From: Hormiphora californensis
Taxonomy: Eukaryota; Animalia; Ctenophora
Reading direction: 5' to 3'
Assembly: GCA_020137815.1 (NCBI GenBank)
Contig: CM035350.1
Coordinates: forward strand, 5,084,001 to 5,148,000
Length of the DNA stretch: 64,000 nt
Shown here: positions 55,801 to 64,000 of the stretch, one piece after another
Layout: every line of letters starts with the position of its first letter
How positions within the stretch are numbered: the first letter of the stretch is position 1
Notes under the pieces: generated by a model
What the model was told of the DNA's origin: nothing
The model's input: the letters and a program-made list of their open reading frames with translations, nothing else
The model's database searches: none
Made by a program: the position numbers and the translations under genes

Positions 55801-58800
55801 TAAGGTGGGGCCCCCCGGGAGGGGGCCCCAAAAGGGGGAAAGGGGGGGCCCCCAAAACATTTTATTTCCCGGGTTAAAAATTAAAAAAAAAGGGGGCCTC
55901 CCGAAAAAGGGTTTTTTTTAAAAAAATTTTTTTTTCCCTTTTTTTTTTTTTTTTTTTTTTTTTTAAGGGGGAACCTGGGGGAAAAAAAGGGGAACTTTTT
56001 GGAAATACCAAAGCACCTAAAGGGTTTTAAAAATAGTTACGATTTTCCCTACTTTTCTTTTCCCAAAGTAATTTTAAATCATCGGATATTTATAAAGTAT
56101 AAAACTGATTTAAAAATTAATAAAGAACCCAAAATCAAAAAAATATTAACACTCACTCCCTAGTTAAAACAGAAGAGAATCAACAGGAAGGTTTTCAAGA
56201 AAACCCAGGGCAGGAAAATTTCTCCAAAAGAAAACCAGAAAAAACCGCCGGGGGTATGCGGAAGTTTAAAAGTGAAAATGACGAGATATCAGAAAAGTAT
56301 CAGCTTTTTTTATGATCTTTTTTATTTAACACTGTTTGAATGGTTCAACCTGAACCGTGGGGTCTCTCTTTTACTTGGGTTTTGTTTTGCTTTTTTTTTT
56401 TTGTTTTTTAGGTCTAGCAGACTTATATGTGTCCCCTTTTTATAGCCCCCAGCTCTCTCTCCAAAGTGTCTTCAACTTCAAATATTCCCCCTAAGTTCCA
56501 ATTTGTAGGGTGAGGACGGCTAGGTTTATGGGTTGGGAAGGGGAACGATGTTTAGGTTTTTATGTTTTCCCCCCTTTATTGAACAGAGACTTAACCGTGT
56601 CAGTGATTTCTATATTGATTCCCTATCGTCTCTCTCTCAATCTAAGTGTATTGCGGCACTTTTTCCGCCAGGCCCCAAATTCCCCACAGATTCCCAAACA
56701 CAGAGGCCCCCACAACAACACAAAGTGTATGTTTTTAATTAACTTAAAATGTTTTTAAGAGTGAAAACGACCCCTGCCCCCTCGCGGGGGGGGGGGGGAA
56801 ACCCAAAAAGGCCTCTCCAAAACCCCGTTCTTCACGTGGGGGAGCGAGCCGTGTCCAGCAAGAAAAGCTCAGTGAGAAACAGTGGTAAGAAACCGAGTAG
56901 TAGGGAGAAAAAAAAAGGGAAGGGAAAAAGTAGTGGGAGAAAACAGAGAGGGAAAAGGGAGAGAGGAAAACCCCGAGAGGGGAAGGAGAGTAGAGGAAAA
57001 AAAAGAAGGGCCTGGGGGAAAAGAGAGGGAAAAGGGAGGAAAAAGGGGGGAAATTATTGATAAAGAGAAAATGAGGGAGAAAAGTATTGAGAAAAGTAGG
57101 AGTAAAACGAAAAGTAGTGGGAGAAGTAATGAAAGCAGAGAGAAACGACACTTGCTGAAAACCCGCTAAATGTCATGCATGTTCAAATGTATAACGTATA
57201 ATATACACAGTTCTTTTGGCAGTTCTCCAAGTAACATATTTTTACAGATCCAAATATATTTAAAAATTGTGTCTTGATTATTAATATTTGTTCATAAAAA
57301 AGGAAAAGAGTAACGACCTGTTTTTTTACAACACTGGCCACATATTGCCCACACTCCCTCCAGTGCTGTGTATGTTGTTTCGACGTCGCCGCTCCTCCAC
57401 TGATACTATAGAACGTCTCCTGACTCAGTCAGTCAATGCAGCAGCTGGTATTTGCCTACCAGATGAGTCTCGGGATATAGTCTGCTCTCTCTGCACCCGC
57501 CACCGTACGAGAACTTGTGTAATAGAGCAATGAGGCAGCGAGGATCTGTCATAGAACGTCCCATGAACACTTCCATAGAACATGACTTCTTAATTCTTAT
57601 CGCCTCTCTTATCATCACTAGAGTCGTACTCCTAGGATTTCAACCATTTTGGTTTTGAATGGGTTTGAAAAAGCACTAGGTACCTGGCACAATTATACCC
57701 CTAGATCCTGACATTTAGCACATTGCAGGGAGCAGCTGCAGTGGTTCAGAAGATGACCCCTCTAAATCACCCACACTGGGAGGGGATAAGTTCCTCAGGG
57801 ATGAGGACACATTCTTCACCGGGAAACTAAAGGCATCCCCCAAACGGTTCCAGCGGCGCCCCATTGGATCTCTCAATATACACGCTGTTAACAGCTCTAG
57901 TGAGGAGAGTGAGGATGAAGATTTACCACTAATTGAGCAGATACCACGATCTAAAACACTCACAAGGTACCCTTTTGTATCGAAATTCGAAGTATTCAGA
58001 ACAAATTCATTGTCCAAAAAGGTAATAATTTCTAGTTCTGAATACTTATCTTGCTCCTCCCTCCTTAAGAATATTTCGGCGGCCGACCCCTCCCTCCACA
58101 TCTCTGATGAATATAGACGAGGGGGCGGAGGAGGATGAGAATTTGACGGGTACCAAATCAGTCCCGGGGACAATTAGAAAAAAGAAACTACTCCAGGGAA
58201 CTAACTCTCTCGAAACTGGTATGTGTGCTTTGTGTGGTTCACGCCGCATTATATTTCATAAAATAACAGAGCGAGTTCGGTAGATTATCCTAAATAGTTG
58301 GTCTAGTAACTCAGTAGATACAGCCACGTCTCGCTGACACCGAGCGAGACAGCATAGTGCCACGGCTCATCCTTTCGGAATCACTACTGGTTCATTTCCC
58401 ATTTTTACAGCTCGGGTATATGCAGAAGAGGCAGTGGATGTCATATCACCACTCTCTACCCCGTCCCTATCTGTTCAGAGGAAGCAGGATCCTCCTGCTG
58501 CCAGCACCCATTCCTCATTCTCCTCCTCTGTGGAACTCAGCTCAGGTATGTGATACTGGCATGTGGGATTATATCCAGTATCTAGCCGGGCCGGGGCCCA
58601 CGGGGTTAATCAGAGAAGGCCATCATCCTCTCTCTCTCTAGTTAACAGTGCCACAGAGGGTGTGAAGCGGCATTACAGTACCATAAGAAATAAGCGGAAA
58701 TGGTGTTATCAATCTAACATATTCTCCTTCTCTCAGACGACAGCGAGATGGACCTGGCTAAGCGGAAAAAGACGGTAGCCCTAACAAAACGAGATAGAAC

Positions 58801-59050
58801 CCAGAAGCGTAACAGTATGACCAACGCCAACATGTTATCTCTAATGCAGGAGAAACTTCGTCAGTTGGAAGTTGACCAGAACGTTCGGTTTATCCGATAT
58901 CCCCTACGGTGGAGCATTGTACCTACTCTCAGGGAAGAGGATGAAGATGGAGATGGGACTGTTGTTAATCTTCAGAGGGCCATCTCAGATGATGGACTGC
59001 CAGTAGAGATGTTTGGAACTGTTAGAAGTTCTGTTTGTTCAGTCATGTGA
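52881..59050 (+). CDS. SNRK: SNF-related serine/threonine kinase; middle exons lost in low-quality sequence
   Basis: [13 protein letters not shown]...[84 protein letters not shown]; 3' exons chain in frame to CSVM*. Confidence 0.9.
54508..55320. mobile_element. Academ-like non-autonomous element in SNRK intron
   Basis: TIR TAGTAGAGTCGATAACTACATC plus longer imperfect IR; 3-bp TSD TGA. Confidence 0.7.
55470..57170. other. Probable low-quality assembled sequence
   Basis: Abrupt switch from SNRK exon into runs of G/C/A/T homopolymers with no splice donor. Confidence 0.75.
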
Positions 59051-59179
59051 GAAGTGTAGCAAGAGTCTGTTTTTAGGATATGTCACTCTGCAGTTGTGTG
59101 TCTGTTGGTGTGAAGTCAGAGATGTGATTTGTACATAATATAACATAGTTTTAGCCTTAGCCCGGCTCACACTCTATGC

Positions 59180-59364
59180 GAGAGGGAGAGAGAGAGGAGA
59201 GAGCGAAGAGAAAGAGAGAGCAGAGAGAGAGCGAGAGAGAGAGAGAGAGAGCGCTGGCGAGAGAGCGAGGACGAGCGGAGCGAGGAGAGAGCTGCCGTCT
59301 AGACGAGAGCGAGCTCGCGCTCTCGTCCTTCTCTCTTCTCTCTCACTCTCACTCTCTCTCACTC

Positions 59365-59402
<38 letters not shown>

Positions 59403-59410
59403 ATCTCTCT

Positions 59411-59443
<33 letters not shown>

Positions 59444-59455
59444 ATCTATCTCTCT
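59180..59455. repeat. (GA)n followed by (CT)n microsatellite
   Basis: Head-to-head GA and TC runs. Confidence 0.85.
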
Positions 59456-60389
59456 CCCCAAGACAGTTGTAAACGAGTTTACCGTATACATTTTTACGTG
59501 TTGTTCGCTATGTAGTCTGTGTATGACATGTACAACTGCACAGTGAATACTATTCACTGAGTACTCGCAGGCATCACTACACTTGTACCACATAGGAGTT
59601 TTATGTATATTCTGCCTTTTGTAAATAGACAAGAATATAAATGGGAGAAATATAATGGGATAGAGGGGAAATGTAAAAAAAGATAAATTGACACAAAACG
59701 GTCTAATGGTGTAATGCCCCATAAAAGGTTTAACTATCTCCCGCTGAGTCTCTCTCTTTTCATTTTCCTACATCTTTTCTTTCAATTAATTTAGACATTC
59801 TAAACCCTTTATCCCCCGCCCTATCTCATTTCATCTGGGCCGAGTTTTACTAAAACTTTATATTGGAACTCAGGAACTTAGTGAGGGATCTCTTGTGGTA
59901 CTATTTTCACACTCCCCTTTGTTTACATGTTTTTAGTTGCAGATATCATATAACACGGGGCTGTTATAATAATCACACTGAGTTATGCAAAGTTGAGCAA
60001 CTTCAATATATTATATTAGAAGACACGGTGGTTGTTAATCGTTTTTTCTGTGCACGACAGATGCGATGTGTGTATTTGTTATGCCTAATAAATGTTATTA
60101 CCTTTGTTTACCAGAATCTAACGAGTTTCAATTATTGCCATGAATATCGAAAATAACTTTCAGTATTGACAGCTTGAAATACTGCAAACTCGAAGGGTTT
60201 TCCAGCTAGAGTCTGACTGGGGCAGACGGCTTCGTTCCGCGCGAAAACGTTCCGAATGCTGAAAGTAACTGTGGTCAGCACTTTTTACGTACGCACGAAT
60301 TTGCCGCGCAAATCTTGTACGCGCCGCGCGGTTGGTTTCAATAATAATAACCAAAAAAAAGTTCGCTCGATCAAAAAAATCTTTTTTTC

Positions 60390-60626
60390 GGCCAGCGTTA
60401 AAATCTGGGTGTTTTGGGAGTGCTGACAAACGGTTTTTTAGGGTTAGGGCTAAAGTAGGGTTGGGGTTTGGTTTGGGGTTAGGCCTTGACATTCCCTACC
60501 AGATAAACTTTGAATCAGCCAAAACGGTTGAGTGGTTTGGCGGTTAGAGCCATTTTAGTGAATCAACTTTTTTGGCAGCGCGCACCTGTAAACAGGCCTC
60601 CAAACACCCAGATCGTAACGGCGCCC
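60390..60626. mobile_element. Second copy of TTAGGG-containing Mutator-like MITE
   Basis: Nearly identical to 28005-28253; 9-bp TSD with one mismatch (ctttttttc/gtttttttc). Confidence 0.85.
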
Positions 60627-60764
60627 GTTTTTTTCCTCAAATTTTCGTTTTCTGTTTTCACGCTAAGAGCAGCAGTCATGAGAGTCTCTTAAGCCTCAGT
60701 AAAACAGAAATTAAATTGCCTTCTAAGTATCAGACAAAGTAAAAAGTTGTAGAATGAAGTCACA

Positions 60765-62310
60765 ATGGAAGGACAGATGAAAAATAAGCGGGATTCGGGT
60801 ATTTCACCCGTGGGATCAGTTTTATGTTTCGTTATCTATCTCATTCTGTGTGGACAAGTGATTACTCTGCTGGAGCATCAATGGCTTATCATTCCGCCAG
60901 CCTTACAAGTTGAGATCACTCCAAAAACCGACGAAGGAAATACGATCAAGGTAGCTTATTTTTGTAGTTAACTGATCAAAGTATGTATTCGGGCCCAATC
61001 CAGTATTAATTATGATCTTGTCTACATTTTCCTTTTTTAGATAAAAAGTAACACAACTGAATATGGAGCGTGTGGTCTAGTTGGAGTCTGTGTGCCCTAT
61101 ACAACAGGGGAGATAGTTGGTTCAGAAGCAGTTGGTTACGACAAATGCAGATTGTATGAAGACACAGGAGAGATGGGCGGTCAAACCGGAATCGTAAGTA
61201 GTGAATATCTACTACAGTCGGAGCCCGATTTAGTGGCCCCCGATTTAGTGGCACCCGATTTAGTGGCAGGATTTCCCCCGATATACGAAAATTAACATTA
61301 TTTGAACCCGATTTAGTGGCACCCCGATTTAGTGGCAGGATTTTTCCCCCGAGGATGCCACTAAATCGGGGTCCGACTGTATTTGAGATTTAACCATAAC
61401 TTAACTTTTTTAAACATTATCCTCCAGATCGCGGTTTCACTTTATGGGGTTGGGTTTGTAACTTTGGCTACAGCTTGGCTGCTCTCAATTTGTAGCTGCC
61501 GAAAGGAGCAAATATGCGGCAAGAATGTATATTTTCTCTTGACACATCTCATCACCCTATCATGTAAGGAGAGAGATATTATGTTACGAGTTATATACGA
61601 GTGCAATATATCAATATTGTTGTGTAACAATGCATGCATATAGGCCAACACACAAAACAATAAAACTCTCCTACATAAATCTCCCCTTTTTTCAGTTTTG
61701 TTGGTTGGTGGAGGAAGTGTAACTTGGATGTTTACCTGGCACACGGACAACTGTGCTGCTGTTTACTGCAATGCAGTTCCCCTCTTCAAACACGACTGTA
61801 TATTCGGGTGGTGTCTGTGGGTTCTGAGCAGCGTCATCATAGCCCTATTCTTCACCATGATAGTTCTGTGCGGTATCACCCGGCACCATCTCGCCGCTGT
61901 AAAACCCAGTAAGATCTTACTTTGTTTTGTACTATTTGAAGCTCTCCTACTAAAGTACTAAAAGTTCAGTTTTAGAAATTATGTTACAGCCCTTTGTTTG
62001 TTCAATAAATATTCGTGTCCGTGATGTGCCGTGTCCCCAGTTACTCAGGGACCAATTCTGTGATGTGACCCTCCCATGGTATGCTGACAGTGGTTTAGAA
62101 ATCCGTAGATTGCCGATACAAGTGGCGGAGAGGCACGGTAACAACACTGGTTTTATGTTCGCCAGAACGGCACTTGACCACCCTCCCCCTCAACCTGCTG
62201 TCTTGCCGGGTACTGGCCACAGCACAGCCTCAGAAAGGAGTACTACCCGGTTTCCCCGAGGCGGCCCTGGGGTGTATGGTAGTGTCAGACTGAAAGAGTT
62301 TTACTTTTGA
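60765..62310 (+). CDS. Claudin/PMP22-like tetraspan membrane protein (5 exons)
   Basis: TM1, W...GL.G.C...C loop, TM2-TM3, FGW before TM4; exons ~60765-60950, 61041-61193, 61428-61563, 61695-61908, 61976-62310 join in frame. Confidence 0.65.
61215..61379. mobile_element. pogo/Tigger-like MITE (copy 2) in claudin-like intron
   Basis: TA|CAGTCGGA...TCCGACTG|TA with CCCGATTTAGTGG internal repeats. Confidence 0.88.
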
Positions 62311-62633
62311 TGACTCAATTAACTGATTAATTGATTTTAACACGAAAAAAAGACCATTGTTTTACGTGTGACGAAAATTTTGTAGTATTGTGTAGTGTTG
62401 CATTTGTATCAAGAACTTTTTTAAGAAGGGATCACTTGAGTGATGGAAGGAGACAGTGATATTGATAGACAGTGAAAGTGAGAAGATGTACTGTATAAGA
62501 TGTAAAGGATTAGAGGAAAAGAGATCTTATTGGATGTGCTTGTGAGCTATTTTTATGAGTCATTGCAAGCAATACATGGTGCTTTGTGCTTGTCGAACTA
62601 AACATACATTCTCTTTCTCTCTCTCTCCCTCTT

Positions 62634-62713
<80 letters not shown>

Positions 62714-63256
62714 AGCCTTTCAACTCAGCCTTTTCACTTTTCACAGCCTTTTCTCTCCATCCTTTTACTACACACTAATCATGCAGTGTAACAGACACTG
62801 TAACTTCTTCACGGACAAGCATTCCCTGAATTCCCCATTGCCCCACTGCACAGACTGAGAACTAACTCGACAGAAGAGAAATGTTGTTATGTTCTAACCC
62901 TTCTTTACATTTGTAAAAGAGGGCGCAGGAAGCAGGATCGAACAAGGCAAAAGAACTGGCAGGACATGAAACTCCCTTCTTCAAATATGACGGCTATATA
63001 GTATATACAGTATGTATTTGGCAGCGAAGCTGCCAACTTCGTCGGAGTACGGGGGCGGAGCGACTGCGTCGCTCACGCGTTACATACAGGGGATAGCGCA
63101 ACGTGCCCAAAGTATATATAGTAAGCTGCTGAATCTAAAGATCTTTCCAGTGCCCCGCAGTATGTACATATTTACGAAACATTGCCCTAATATAACTCCG
63201 TGTATCTCTGACACCCCTGTTCCACAAAACACTACTATTACCATGAACTTCCATAA

Positions 63257-63292
<36 letters not shown>

Positions 63293-64000
63293 TGGATATG
63301 GGATCACTTGCTGCACTGCTGCAGAAAAATGGGGAGAGAGATATCCTTGATCCCAACCCTAATTGGAATCCTTTCTTGTATAAACATTAAACATGCATAT
63401 TATAGTAACCTGGCCTGGTTACCATGGTTACCACTGACAATGGAATAACCTAATAATCTCTCCCTCAATTTCGATATTTACTATCCTTCTCCGACTGCGT
63501 TACTATTTGTTGACTATCACAAAACACATTTGGATCCATCGCATCCTATTCTCGCTCCGCGAATAATAGGATCCCGGTCCGTTGAGAGCAAGAACTCACG
63601 TGCGCGCGAAATAAAGCACGTTTTCAACAAATCGCGCGTGATAGACCGTTTTTGGAGACCTTTTTAGCTGACCTAGCACTACTCAAAGGTAAATTGTGGT
63701 CTCATTTCGCATCGTGATGAATCGGCGGGTATTTTCCCATACTCACAAGGCCATGACGATTCCCCCAGTACCCGCAGATTGTCCCAGGACCGAGTAGGAG
63801 CTTGCAGCCAGGTCTTTAAAGAATTGCTCATGTTTCGTGTCAATTTTGACCCACTATTCATCAAATGCTGAAATTGGCGGGTATTTTCCGTAAAAATAGA
63901 GACAATTATCTGCCAGGAGCAACAAACGAGATGCAAATCGGTTCAGTAGTTCCTTGCAGCCAGGTCTTTGAAAAAGTTTGCTCTAAAATCAATAACGCGC

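Noticed and set aside
55559-57169. Gly/Pro/Lys-rich ORFs and G-quadruplex-like runs
   Set aside because: Homopolymer-inflated low-quality sequence interrupting SNRK; likely assembly artefact

Overview
Eukaryotic (non-bilaterian animal-like; ctenophore such as Pleurobrachia is my inference) compact-genome window with short GT-AG introns, many (CT/GA)n tracts and a dense, varied load of non-autonomous transposons. Recognisable genes in order: CDK5RAP3 (-, with an intronless GPCR nested antisense in intron 1), TMEM181 (-), a two-SapB prosaposin-like gene (-, CR1-type LINE in last intron), SLC4A11-like (+), YIPF6 (+), a 62-aa orphan ORF (+), MIF/DDT (+), FCF1 (+), RPRD1 (-), CNOT11 (-), a 97-aa gag-like ORF (-), DLD (+, MITE+LINE nest in last intron), SNRK (+) and a claudin-like gene (+). 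Most notable: (1) nearly every gene has a 3' splice acceptor a few nt before its ATG and two tight co-oriented clusters exist (SL trans-splicing/operon signature); (2) a 3.56-kb non-coding, polyA-tailed, TSD-flanked retroposon carrying a 46-bp minisatellite; (3) a five-element transposon nest with resolvable insertion order; (4) a piggyBac derivative turned into a ~1.15-kb foldback of its own transposase 3' half; (5) a stand-alone gag-NTD-like ORF; (6) a TIR family whose termini carry a consensus splice donor plus AATAAA arrays, inserted in a DLD intron. Several 1-nt frameshifts in conserved genes and a homopolymer-garbage block (55.5-57.2 kb) suggest assembly errors. No CRISPR, tRNA or rRNA seen.
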